A DNA stretch of 64,000 nucleotides, taken from the IMG/VR virus record IMGVR_UViG_3300008116_000002; one strand, 5' to 3'. Positions 53,809 through 62,591 of this stretch are shown here, one piece after another. Positions within the stretch are counted from its first letter, which is position 1. Each line of letters starts with the position of its first letter. This DNA is from a virus. Its lineage: Duplodnaviria > Caudoviricetes. The notes beneath the pieces were generated by a model that made no database searches, had not been told where the DNA came from, and was given only the letters and a program-made list of their open reading frames with translations. The translations under genes were made by a program, and so were the position numbers.

Positions 53809-53961
53809 ATGCAAAAGGAATTACTAAAAGAAAATGGACCTAAGTGTGGTTGTGGTCGTAGCCCAAGTGGGTATTGCATTGGTTGGCATGGACTTTCTGA
53901 ATCGGAATATAAAGAGCGTTTGGAACAATACAAGCAAGATCTAGGCGAGAACGACAAATAA
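53809..53961 (+). CDS. CDGSH/NEET-like Fe-S or Zn protein, 50 aa (not in ORF track)
   Basis: CGCGRSPSGYCIGWH (3 Cys, 1 His); SD AAGGAG. Confidence 0.6.
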   Translation: MQKELLKENGPKCGCGRSPSGYCIGWHGLSESEYKERLEQYKQDLGENDK

Positions 53962-53971
53962 ATAGTTACAT

Positions 53972-54045
53972 GCGGGATTAGTTTAATGGTAAAACGAAAG
54001 CCTTCCAAGCTCTAATCATCGGTTCGATTCCGATATCCCGCTCCA
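53972..54045 (+). tRNA. tRNA-Gly(TCC)
   Basis: AGC-CT TCC AA-GCT; U73; CCA. Confidence 0.93.
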
Positions 54046-54049
54046 TAAT

Positions 54050-54337
54050 ATGCGTATTCAAAAAGATGAGACTTACGAGCAATGGTCAGAAAAGGTTCGT
54101 CTTTTTGAATATGGAGTTGCACTGCAAAGAATTGCTAAAGGCGACGATATAGATATTGTTTTGGAGTCTATGTCGAAAAAAATTAATCAAAAACTTTTGC
54201 ATCCTTTGATCGAAAGCATCAAACAATCATGTCAAATAGATTATGATCCTTTGATCGCAAGAAAAAATTACGAAGAAAATTACTTAGGAAAAGCAAATCC
54301 TGTAGCAGATCATATGAATGATGTAGACTTCTATTAA
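54050..54337 (+). CDS. Stand-alone glutamyl-tRNA reductase dimerisation-domain-like protein
   Basis: ALQRIAKGDDIDIVLESMSKKINQKLLHP resembles the HemA C-terminal helices. Confidence 0.55.
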   Translation: MRIQKDETYEQWSEKVRLFEYGVALQRIAKGDDIDIVLESMSKKINQKLLHPLIESIKQSCQIDYDPLIARKNYEENYLGKANPVADHMNDVDFY

Positions 54338-54343
54338 TCACAA

Positions 54344-54392
54344 AGACCCCCTTAAACTTTGTGTCTATATAAATAGATATAAAGGAGGGTCT
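54344..54392 (+). promoter_or_regulatory. SD-sequestering hairpin with internal late promoter
   Basis: AGACCCCCTT(54344-53) pairs with AAGGAGGGTCT(54382-92); TATAAATA at 54368-75. Confidence 0.7.
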
Positions 54393-54821
54393 ATGATAGA
54401 TATTAATGAATTCATTAAAACTAGTAAACAAGAACGGCAATCTCATTTATTATTATCTGAAAAATGTATTGAACGTGGGGGAAATTCGACCAATCACAAG
54501 GGGGTATTAGCTCAGTATTTGAATACCTCTATCCCTTCGGGTAGAATACTTTTATGCCATGCGTGCAACAATGAAAAATGTAGTAATCCAAAACATTTAT
54601 ATTGGGGTACAGACAAAGAAAATATTACTGAAGATAATAAAAAATGGAAATCTGTTTGGGAAAGAACCATTGAAAAATATGGATATGAGGAAGCCTGCAG
54701 GATAAATTCTCGTAAGCAAATTGGAAACAAAAATGGTTCGGGCAATAAAGGTAAATCTAAAACTGAAGAACATAAAAAAAAGATAGCAAAGTCTATTAAA
54801 AGCAATTATAATAAGATGTGA
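54393..54821 (+). mobile_element. HNH homing endonuclease with NUMOD3-like tail
   Basis: LCHACNNEKCSNPKHLYWGT.KEN; KGKSKTEEHKKKI. Confidence 0.8.
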
Positions 54822-54831
54822 TGTATTTAAT

Positions 54832-54917
54832 GCGAGTGTGGTGGAACGGTATACACTTTGGACTTAAAATCCAACGCCCGTAAGGGATTGAGGGTTCAAA
54901 TCCCTCCACTCGTACCA
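54832..54917 (+). tRNA. tRNA-Leu(TAA)
   Basis: TTGGA-CT TAA AA-TCCAA; long variable arm; CCA. Confidence 0.94.
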
Positions 54918-54948
54918 GTGTTTTATATTTTTATTTTAAGGAGATTGA

Positions 54949-55485
54949 ATGAAAACAGTAGGTGATAAACTTGAATCATTTTCAGTTACCGGTGTTAATC
55001 CCGGTAAGGATGATTTCTTTACTATTACAGAAAAATCTTTTGAAGGTAAGTGGAAAGTAATTGTTTACTATCCAAAAGATTTTACATTCGTATGCCCAAC
55101 AGAAATCGTAGCATATGATAAATTGTTCCAAGACTTTGCAGATCGTGATGCAGTATTGTTGACAGGTTCAACAGATAATGAATTCTGCAAACTAGCATGG
55201 CAACGTAGTCATGAAGATCTTTCAAAGATCAAGCATATTCAATTTGCTGACACCGCACGTGAATGGGGCGTATCTTTGATCGAGCAATTGGGTGTGTTCT
55301 ACGCACCGGCAGGCGCAGCACTTCGTGCAACCTTTATCGTTGATCCAGAGAACACCATTCAGCACGTTACCGTAAACAACTTGAACGTTGGTCGTAGCCC
55401 AGAAGAAACACTTCGTATTCTTGATGCGCTACAAACTGGTGAACTATGTGCATGCAATCGCACAATCGGCGGAGAGACTCTATAA
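54949..55485 (+). CDS. ahpC: Peroxiredoxin AhpC
   Basis: YPKDFTFVCPTE; RATFIVDP; GRS..E.LR.LDALQ; LCAC. Confidence 0.95.
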   Translation: MKTVGDKLESFSVTGVNPGKDDFFTITEKSFEGKWKVIVYYPKDFTFVCPTEIVAYDKLFQDFADRDAVLLTGSTDNEFCKLAWQRSHEDLSKIKHIQFADTAREWGVSLIEQLGVFYAPAGAALRATFIVDPENTIQHVTVNNLNVGRSPEETLRILDALQTGELCACNRTIGGETL

Positions 55486-56003
55486 TGACTGCTTGGGTAG
55501 ATACACTAAAAGAAGTAAGTATTCCTGAGTATGCCAAGGATACTAAACTTAATTTAGATGCGGTTATCAAACGTAGTTCACTACCCGCAGAAGAGGCGGA
55601 GGCAATTGCTCTTGCAGCTGCCTTTGCTACAGGTAATAGTAAACTATGGACATGGCTTCACGATCAACTTACAGATCGTAAAGAGGCAGATGCCGCTCTT
55701 ACCGCAGGCGCAATCATGGCACAAAATAATGTATGGTATCCATATGTTGAAATGGCAGATGATGCGAACCTAAAAGGTCTTCCTGCTCAACTTCGTATGA
55801 ATGCAATTGCAAGCCATGGTGGTACAACAAAGGCAAGGTTTGAAGCATATAGTCTTGCAGCAAGTATTGTGGGCAAGTGTCATTTTTGTGTAAAAGCGCA
55901 TTACGAAACTTTGAAGCAAGAAGGTTATACTGTAGAACAATTACGAGACATTGGTCGTATTGCTGCAGTAATGAAAAGTGTTGCAAGTGTTTTAGCTAAT
56001 TAA
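55485..56003 (+). CDS. ahpD: Alkyl hydroperoxide reductase AhpD
   Basis: MAQNNVWY and ASIVGKCHFCVKAH; TAATG coupling to ahpC. Confidence 0.93.
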   Translation: MTAWVDTLKEVSIPEYAKDTKLNLDAVIKRSSLPAEEAEAIALAAAFATGNSKLWTWLHDQLTDRKEADAALTAGAIMAQNNVWYPYVEMADDANLKGLPAQLRMNAIASHGGTTKARFEAYSLAASIVGKCHFCVKAHYETLKQEGYTVEQLRDIGRIAAVMKSVASVLAN

Positions 56004-56010
56004 AGCACAA

Positions 56011-56087
56011 GGGCCGGAAGCTTAATTGGTATAAGCGTCCGACTCATAATCGGGGGACAGTGAGTTCGAGTCTCACCCGGCCCACCA
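56011..56087 (+). tRNA. tRNA with CAT anticodon, Ile2-like
   Basis: TCCGA-CT CAT AA-TCGGG; GGGCC acceptor; A73 CCA. Confidence 0.85.
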
Positions 56088-56101
56088 TTTAAGGAGAAGT
56101 T

Positions 56102-56362
56102 ATGCTAGGTATTATAGAAAATGATCGTGTAGATAAAGGTAGATATACCTCGCAAGAAGCAGCAAATAAAGTAGGTGGCATTTATAATTTGGTTTTAATT
56201 GCAAGTGCCAGAGCACGAGAACTAAAAAAACATCAATCCGCAGATACTGCAAGAACTATGATTGTTGCGGCACTCGCAGATGTTGAAGATGGTAAGGTAG
56301 GTGCAGATTATCTGCGTAGGCATCAAAAAGATATTGACAAACAATATCGCAAAAGCAAATGA
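56102..56362 (+). CDS. rpoZ: RNA polymerase omega subunit homolog
   Basis: YNLVLIASARAREL and ALADVEDGKVG match the RpoZ conserved helices. Confidence 0.7.
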   Translation: MLGIIENDRVDKGRYTSQEAANKVGGIYNLVLIASARARELKKHQSADTARTMIVAALADVEDGKVGADYLRRHQKDIDKQYRKSK

Positions 56363-56373
56363 ACAACTTGTGA

Positions 56374-56402
56374 TAGACTTTTTCCGAAAAGTATATTATA
56401 AT
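56374..56402 (+). promoter_or_regulatory. Early promoter
   Basis: TAGACT-17 nt-TATAAT. Confidence 0.6.
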
Positions 56403-56449
56403 TGTACTGTAGTTAAATGCTACATTTTTTTATTTTAATGGAGATCAAT

Positions 56450-56701
56450 ATGTTGAAAGAACGTATTTTGAAAGTACTTAAGTCTGGTCGCCAATACACT
56501 CCTGCTCAACTCGCAGGTTTGACTGGCACTTCTGAGGATTCTATTCGTCCTCGTATCAGCGAGCTTCGTTCTGAAGGCTTCGCAATCTACACTAACAGCA
56601 CCAAGAATGGCAAGACTGCATATCGCCTAGGCACTCCTAGTCGTAAGATGGTTGCTGCTGCTTATCATCTTTATGGCAGCGAGGCATTTGCTCGGGTATA
56701 A
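56450..56701 (+). CDS. Winged HTH DNA-binding protein
   Basis: Start 56450 after GGAG; TPAQLAG...SIRPRISELRSEG...YRLG. Confidence 0.75.
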   Translation: MLKERILKVLKSGRQYTPAQLAGLTGTSEDSIRPRISELRSEGFAIYTNSTKNGKTAYRLGTPSRKMVAAAYHLYGSEAFARV

Positions 56702-56729
56702 TCTAATCCTTATTGCCTAAACTTATATT

Positions 56730-57278
56730 ATGAATATCAATTTTTCCGATCCTTCAGTTAAGAAAGAGATGAACAAACTAGTCGCTGCCAAGCGCAGTGG
56801 TCTAGTCAAGTTGACGCAAGATCAGCTTGAGAGTATCGCCCAATACTCTAAGTGGAAATATGAAGAGAAGAAGGCTTCTTTATCTCCTCAAAAGAAAGCA
56901 GCTCTTCGCAAAAAGACTCGTGCAGCTCACAGAGCTAAAAAAGCAGACCCATCTAAATTCGGAAAGACCGAATACACCGCTCTAAAGACCAGAGCGAAAG
57001 AAAAGAATCTGCCATTTGATCTAACTCCAAGCTTTTTGCAGGATCTCTTTGATACGACAAACGGTGTTTGTCAACAAACAGGTATTCCTTTTGATATGAC
57101 TTTAGGCACTAAAAAGAATAGAAACCCGTTGCGGCCTAGCATTGATCGTATATCCTCAGATGGCGGATATACTCAGGACAATGTGCGAGTAGTCCTTACA
57201 CTGGTAAATATTGCGAAAGCTGATTTTTCAGATGACGTAGTAAATCTGGTAATTAAGGCCTGGGCTGAAAAAATTTAG
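56730..57278 (+). CDS. HNH/His-Me-finger-like endonuclease
   Basis: CQQTG...PSIDRI...GYTQDNV...VNIAK. Confidence 0.7.
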   Translation: MNINFSDPSVKKEMNKLVAAKRSGLVKLTQDQLESIAQYSKWKYEEKKASLSPQKKAALRKKTRAAHRAKKADPSKFGKTEYTALKTRAKEKNLPFDLTPSFLQDLFDTTNGVCQQTGIPFDMTLGTKKNRNPLRPSIDRISSDGGYTQDNVRVVLTLVNIAKADFSDDVVNLVIKAWAEKI

Positions 57279-57293
57279 AGTTAGATCCCCTTG

Positions 57294-57318
57294 GGGCGAC
57301 GAAAGTCGCCCTTTTTTT
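57294..57318 (+). terminator. Rho-independent terminator
   Basis: GGGCGAC-GAAA-GTCGCCC-TTTTTTT. Confidence 0.9.
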
Positions 57319-57335
57319 GTCTCGTATTTTCTAGA

Positions 57336-57343
57336 TATAAATA
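57336..57343 (+). promoter_or_regulatory. T4-type late promoter
   Basis: Exact TATAAATA between the terminator and ORF 57363. Confidence 0.75.
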
Positions 57344-57362
57344 TTATTAAATTAATATTTGG

Positions 57363-58388
57363 ATGGAACTTATGATTCAAGCATTTAAAGAATTCCTCAC
57401 AGAAGCCAGAGAAACCGGCAAAGCCTCAGACGCAGAGGGCAAATTGCATGAACTTCTAACCGGTTTTCATTTCAATAAAAAGAAACACGTAGAATCATAT
57501 CGTGAAGAAGGTCAAACACCTCAAGAAGTTCACGATAGATTAAAGTCCGAAGTTAGTGCTGCAACTTATGATAGAATTCATAAGCATGCTAATGAAATGG
57601 CTAATCATCTACATAACTTTATTAAAGCATCGGGCTTTAAAGGTAAAGTAGGTAAAACAGCCTGGACATCTCAGACATCGGACATTGAGCATTTTACGGG
57701 AAAGAAAGATCCGAATAATGAATCAGATCTGATGACTACTTTGGTTCACGGAAAAGGCTCTACTAAACCTGAAGGCACCACTGAGCATATTGGCTTTAGT
57801 ATGAAATATGCAGATAATGCTCCAACATTAAAAAATAAAACTCCAAAGACAATGGCTGAAAGCTATAACATGGATCATAAAACCTTAGCTGAACCTCACG
57901 AAGAACATATGAAAAATGTTAGAGTTCATCTTCGTGCAGGCGAAAAAACTTCTGCGGCAGAAATGCATAAGAAGTTTAAAGAATTAAAAGGTACAGATAA
58001 AGGTAATGCGATAGAAAAAACTTCTAACTCTTCTCGTATTGAGATGATCGGTAGACTTCATGATCACCTTGCTAAAATGAATCCGCAAGAATTGCACGAT
58101 CATATATTGAATCATATTGCAGGACCAACCAACTCTACTGTTATTATGGCAAGTACCTCAAGCGAAGGTAAACATCATATTCTTGATACCAGAGAGCACT
58201 ACAAAAAAATATTAGCAGAACATAAAGATAGTTTATCTGTTAAAAAGGGTACAGGTACAACGATGTCTATTATCGGAAAAGAAGGTAAGCCATTACTAAA
58301 TTTCCAAGCTGTTAATAAAGGCAGACCAACTAAGACACCTGAGTTTATTGCTAAACCTGGTGCAGCTCTAATGAAAACCTCAGTATGA
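57363..58388 (+). CDS. Late hypothetical protein, possible restriction-endonuclease-like fold, probable internal head protein
   Basis: N-terminus AFKEFLTE; ESD...GFSMK pattern. Confidence 0.5.
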   Translation: MELMIQAFKEFLTEARETGKASDAEGKLHELLTGFHFNKKKHVESYREEGQTPQEVHDRLKSEVSAATYDRIHKHANEMANHLHNFIKASGFKGKVGKTAWTSQTSDIEHFTGKKDPNNESDLMTTLVHGKGSTKPEGTTEHIGFSMKYADNAPTLKNKTPKTMAESYNMDHKTLAEPHEEHMKNVRVHLRAGEKTSAAEMHKKFKELKGTDKGNAIEKTSNSSRIEMIGRLHDHLAKMNPQELHDHILNHIAGPTNSTVIMASTSSEGKHHILDTREHYKKILAEHKDSLSVKKGTGTTMSIIGKEGKPLLNFQAVNKGRPTKTPEFIAKPGAALMKTSV

Positions 58389-59560
58389 AAAACTTTTTAT
58401 CCTTCCTAGCAGAACAAGTTGCACCCGAAAAGTCTAAAGCGGTTAAACACCTTTCGCATTTGGGAGGTGAAGCTCATTTCAATAGTAAAGAAGAATCTGA
58501 AGCTGATCTAAAACGATTAGAAGATCTGCACAAATATCTAAAGGGCGACCAATCTACAACTAAAAGTGTGGTGATTAAAGCAGACGGTTCACCTTCATTT
58601 GAAATGGGGCATGTCAAAAATCCTGAAACAGGACAAAGAGAATTTGGTGTAGCATATAAAGGTGCTTCTAAAGGATATGCCTTCAATCAGAAAGACATAG
58701 ATGAGAAGTTTGGACACTCTGAAGGTTTACATTCTAAGATGTCTCAGCTATTAGAACACGGCAAAAAAGTTTTAAGTCCATTACATGGAGTCTATCAAGG
58801 CGACTTCATGGGCAGTTCTAAGGATGGTACGATTAAAAAAGAAGGCGATGAGATTACTCATAAAGAGAATTTAATTAAGTATCATTACCCTGCAAATTCA
58901 GAAGAAGGTAAGGCAGTAAAGCGAGCAAAAATTAGTCTATCTTTACACACTCGTATAGATAAAGAACAGCCTGAATATGAAGTAGACACATCTAAATTTT
59001 ATTCTCATCCTGATGTTCATATCTTCAATAACAAATTGAACAAAAGAAATCTTAACTATAATTTAGATGATAGAAAAGATTTCGAAAAGCATTACACCAA
59101 GGCGATGCAGCATTTTGCCAACATAGATAACCATGATGAGTTAATACAAGGTCACAGTCAGCATCTACACACATATATTAATAAAACAGTTAGAACGGGA
59201 ACCGCACCTTCGCCTGCAGGCTATAAGAAACATTTAGATACTGTGCTACAAAAAGAAGTAGAAAAAGTAAAGAAGCCTGAGACTAAGATGAAAAAGTTCA
59301 ACGATAAATTAGCAATGATGCATCATGTGGAAACCAATAAACAACAATTCGGCGAACTGTTTAATGCTCACAGAAGTCTTGATAGAGCAAAAAATATTTT
59401 GTTAAAGACTTTAGAAAACTCTGGGCAAAATCAAAAACATACTATTGATGGCCAACATACTAACCCAGAAGGATTTGTTGTTGCATATAAAGATGGCTCT
59501 GTAGCAAAGGTGGTAAATAGAAGTAAAGAAGGATTTTCAGGAAAGAATTTAAATAAATGA
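58385..59560 (+). CDS. DUF6267-like protein with covalent nucleotidyltransferase (RNA ligase-like) motifs
   Basis: KADG (I), YQGDFM (III), PEGFVV (IV), AKVVNR (V); N-terminus MKNFLSFLAE. Confidence 0.55.
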   Translation: MKNFLSFLAEQVAPEKSKAVKHLSHLGGEAHFNSKEESEADLKRLEDLHKYLKGDQSTTKSVVIKADGSPSFEMGHVKNPETGQREFGVAYKGASKGYAFNQKDIDEKFGHSEGLHSKMSQLLEHGKKVLSPLHGVYQGDFMGSSKDGTIKKEGDEITHKENLIKYHYPANSEEGKAVKRAKISLSLHTRIDKEQPEYEVDTSKFYSHPDVHIFNNKLNKRNLNYNLDDRKDFEKHYTKAMQHFANIDNHDELIQGHSQHLHTYINKTVRTGTAPSPAGYKKHLDTVLQKEVEKVKKPETKMKKFNDKLAMMHHVETNKQQFGELFNAHRSLDRAKNILLKTLENSGQNQKHTIDGQHTNPEGFVVAYKDGSVAKVVNRSKEGFSGKNLNK

Positions 59561-60330
59561 TAAGTTTCAAATCCTACTTAGCTGAAGATACTACCAAGCA
59601 TACACTTCATGTCTTTGATATAGACGACACGCTGTTACATACGACTGCCAAAATACACGTAAGAAATAAAGAAGGTAAAGTAGTAGACACTCTTACCAAC
59701 CAACAGTTCAACGATCACAAATTGCCTGCAGGACATAGTTATGACTTTAGTGAATTTAGAAATGCTGCAAAGTTTAGAAAAGAATCTAAACCTATTCATT
59801 CTATGATTAACAAAGTTAAGTCCGTAGCAAGCAAACCCGGTCACCATGTTATATTCAATACCGCAAGAGCAAACTTTGATGATAAGAATACCTTCTTAGG
59901 TGCCTTCAAAGATCACGGCATACCTATGCATAAAATCCATGTTATCAGAGCAGGCAACATTAATATGGAAGGCCCTCCCGCGGAAAAGAAAGCCGTAGTT
60001 ATTCATGGCTATATAAAGAAACATAAGTACAATGATGTACACATGTATGACGATAGCAAAACGAATTTAAGATCGTTTCTATCTTTAAGAAATAAACATC
60101 CGAATACAAACTTCCATGCACATCACATTGTTGGTTCGGATGCTAAACGCTTTGTGAATGAAAACTTTGCTGATGGTCGTAACCCAGAAGACAAGGGTGA
60201 CAGCAAACGCTACAAAGTACCTACTAAAGCTAGTATTACAACCTTGCGTCGTGTTGCTAAAGAAGGAGGACGTAGAGGACAATTAGCGCATTGGATGGCT
60301 AATATGAAGAGCGGTAAACGTAAAGCCTAG
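59557..60330 (+). CDS. HAD-superfamily phosphatase (Pnkp 3'-phosphatase-like)
   Basis: FDIDDTL, FNTAR, K, MYDD; N-terminus MISFKSYLAE. Confidence 0.75.
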   Translation: MISFKSYLAEDTTKHTLHVFDIDDTLLHTTAKIHVRNKEGKVVDTLTNQQFNDHKLPAGHSYDFSEFRNAAKFRKESKPIHSMINKVKSVASKPGHHVIFNTARANFDDKNTFLGAFKDHGIPMHKIHVIRAGNINMEGPPAEKKAVVIHGYIKKHKYNDVHMYDDSKTNLRSFLSLRNKHPNTNFHAHHIVGSDAKRFVNENFADGRNPEDKGDSKRYKVPTKASITTLRRVAKEGGRRGQLAHWMANMKSGKRKA

Positions 60331-60382
60331 CATTATTAATAGGGTACATAGCAAAGTATAATTTCGTGTCAATGGAAAGTCA

Positions 60383-61183
60383 ATGAAAAGTATTAAAGAA
60401 AAGCAAAATTTGGTCAACTTGGCTAAAGCATTGGGTCAGAATGCTGACCCTACTTTGGTTAAAGAACTTGCTGCTTTCAATGCCATTAAGCAAGACGCTC
60501 ATGCATCAATTAAAAAAACTGCGTTGAAAGATCTGACGGAGGCATTTAAAAAAGTAGATTTGGAAAAAGAAATACAACAGGTTATCGAATATCCTGTTCC
60601 TCCAACTTTAGATGAGGTGTTACAAACTTTAAAAGAAGAGGATAACACAAATGAGCTGGTACAACCACAAACCGAAGAAGCACCCATCCGAGAATCAGAA
60701 ACAACCGACCCCGAACCAACCCTCGCCGAAAGAGCCGCAAAGGTAATTAGCGAAGCTCCGAAAAAAGATAGCTTTCAACAACCTGATCCTGATCCAGTAG
60801 AAAAGAATTTTAGAGATGTACAATTAAAATTAAAATTCTTAGAACAAGCTATTGGTAAAATTGCAGCATATGGACCAGGCGGCGGTGCGGGCGATACAAC
60901 ATCAATTACATCGTATACGAAGTTAGTAACCTCTTCTACTTATGTGGTTAGTAGAAAAGATTACTATGTAGGAATAAATTACTCGGGTGCTACTACTATA
61001 ACTCTACCTTCTATAAATGTGGAGAATGGTAGACAGTTGGTAATTAAAGATGAATCTGGTAATGCAAGTTTAAATCCAATTACTGTTTTGGGTAATGTAG
61101 ACAATGATCCGAATGGATTTATTATAAAAATAAACAATGGCGGAATACAATTAATTTATAGAAATGGTTGGAGAATAATATGA
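60383..61183 (+). CDS. Hypothetical protein, likely virion-associated
   Basis: Acidic Pro-rich middle, GPGGGAG linker, beta-rich C-terminus. Confidence 0.6.
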   Translation: MKSIKEKQNLVNLAKALGQNADPTLVKELAAFNAIKQDAHASIKKTALKDLTEAFKKVDLEKEIQQVIEYPVPPTLDEVLQTLKEEDNTNELVQPQTEEAPIRESETTDPEPTLAERAAKVISEAPKKDSFQQPDPDPVEKNFRDVQLKLKFLEQAIGKIAAYGPGGGAGDTTSITSYTKLVTSSTYVVSRKDYYVGINYSGATTITLPSINVENGRQLVIKDESGNASLNPITVLGNVDNDPNGFIIKINNGGIQLIYRNGWRII

Positions 61184-62541
61184 CATATCTTTTTAGTAAT
61201 ACCGTCATTGTTGCTAATGAAGTGGAAATAAAAAATGATGCAGCTAACACTTTACCTATAAGTATAATACATGAGGGAAATGTTGTAAATCATTATAATG
61301 AGCTTCCTGTAACATTGTCAGCAGGTGCATCTGACGCATTTGGTAGATTGAGAATTAGTAATCCTTACACATTGGGAGATTACAAACACTTATATGGCAT
61401 CGATCCCAATTTTATAGATAAACTTGATAACGGCGGAACCATTGCGTTCGTTAGAAATCAAGCATGCGCAAAGCTAGCCACAAATGCACACCCCCATAGT
61501 AATGTTATACATCAAACTAAAATGTATCATCATTATATGCCGGGCAAGAGTCAGTTAATAAAAAGCACCTTTAATTTTTATTCTAACACCACAAACGTAA
61601 TTAAACGTACCGGATATTTTGACGAGTATAATGGTATTTATTTTGAACAAGATGGCAATGGAGTTCTAAGTTTTTGTATAAGAACAGATGTATCTGGTTC
61701 AGCAAGTGATGCTAGAAAGATACCACAAAGTCAATGGAATGTAGACAAATGTGATGGTACGGGACCTTCAAAGTTTAACCTAGATATCACAAAGACACAA
61801 ATTCTTTTTATAGATTTTCAGTGGTTAGGCGTTGGTAGAGTACGCTGTGGATTTGTGCATGATGGTATTTTTATATCCGCCCATGAATTTTATAACAGTA
61901 ATAACTTAGATGTAGTTTATATGAGTAATCCTAATCTACCAGTTAGATGTGAGATTAGAAATGTTGGTGCTACCACCGGAGCGAATCTAGATCAAATTTG
62001 TTCTACTGTAATTAGTGAAGGCGGTTATGTGGAATCGGGACAGGATTGGGGGGTAACTAGTCCTAGTTCCCGTTCGCTAAATTCTGGTAATACTTTACCA
62101 ATTATGGCAATTAAACTAGCACCAACTCTGCGAGGATATCCGAATCGAGAAACCGTAAGAATGGGGCAAATAAGTTTATACAGTTCTGCTAGTACAATTA
62201 AATATAAACTGATAAAGCTTCCAAACGAAGGTTTTTTAATAGGTGGCGACTGGGCAAATGTTAATATAGAAAGCGGAGTTTTATATAACTCAAATGCGAC
62301 TCTGTCTATTGATGGCGAAGAAATTGATAATGGGTTCATAACCGCAACTGCTGGTTCGGGGTCATCGGGTAAAGCGACTGCGGGAACTGCAACACCAAAT
62401 GCCCCAAGTGTTGCTAAGAAAAATTTCATTACGCAGAATTACTTCAATTCTAATAGCGAAGTTTTTGTAGTAGTCGTTACCAATATTGGGCCAGATCCAA
62501 CAACTGTGGAAGCTGGGGTGCAATGGCGTGAGATTTACTGA
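61180..62541 (+). CDS. Putative virion structural protein (beta-rich)
   Basis: Start likely 61180; DAFGRLRIS, FQWLGVGRVR; Thr/Ser/Gly-rich. Confidence 0.55.
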   Translation: MTYLFSNTVIVANEVEIKNDAANTLPISIIHEGNVVNHYNELPVTLSAGASDAFGRLRISNPYTLGDYKHLYGIDPNFIDKLDNGGTIAFVRNQACAKLATNAHPHSNVIHQTKMYHHYMPGKSQLIKSTFNFYSNTTNVIKRTGYFDEYNGIYFEQDGNGVLSFCIRTDVSGSASDARKIPQSQWNVDKCDGTGPSKFNLDITKTQILFIDFQWLGVGRVRCGFVHDGIFISAHEFYNSNNLDVVYMSNPNLPVRCEIRNVGATTGANLDQICSTVISEGGYVESGQDWGVTSPSSRSLNSGNTLPIMAIKLAPTLRGYPNRETVRMGQISLYSSASTIKYKLIKLPNEGFLIGGDWANVNIESGVLYNSNATLSIDGEEIDNGFITATAGSGSSGKATAGTATPNAPSVAKKNFITQNYFNSNSEVFVVVVTNIGPDPTTVEAGVQWREIY

Positions 62542-62557
62542 TCCAAATATCAAAACA

Positions 62558-62565
62558 TATAAATA
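62558..62565 (+). promoter_or_regulatory. T4-type late promoter
   Basis: Exact TATAAATA. Confidence 0.7.
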
Positions 62566-62591
62566 ATAAGAATTATATTCTGATAGAGCTC

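Noticed and set aside
46385-56087. Self-cleaving ribozymes (hammerhead, theta/HDV) after tRNAs
   Set aside because: I found no CUGAnGA/GAAA hammerhead core or convincing nested double pseudoknot by eye; a covariance search is needed to exclude them.
46385-56087. Suppressor tRNAs or stop-codon recoding
   Set aside because: No CTA, TTA or TCA anticodon was found, and core genes are intact under the standard code.
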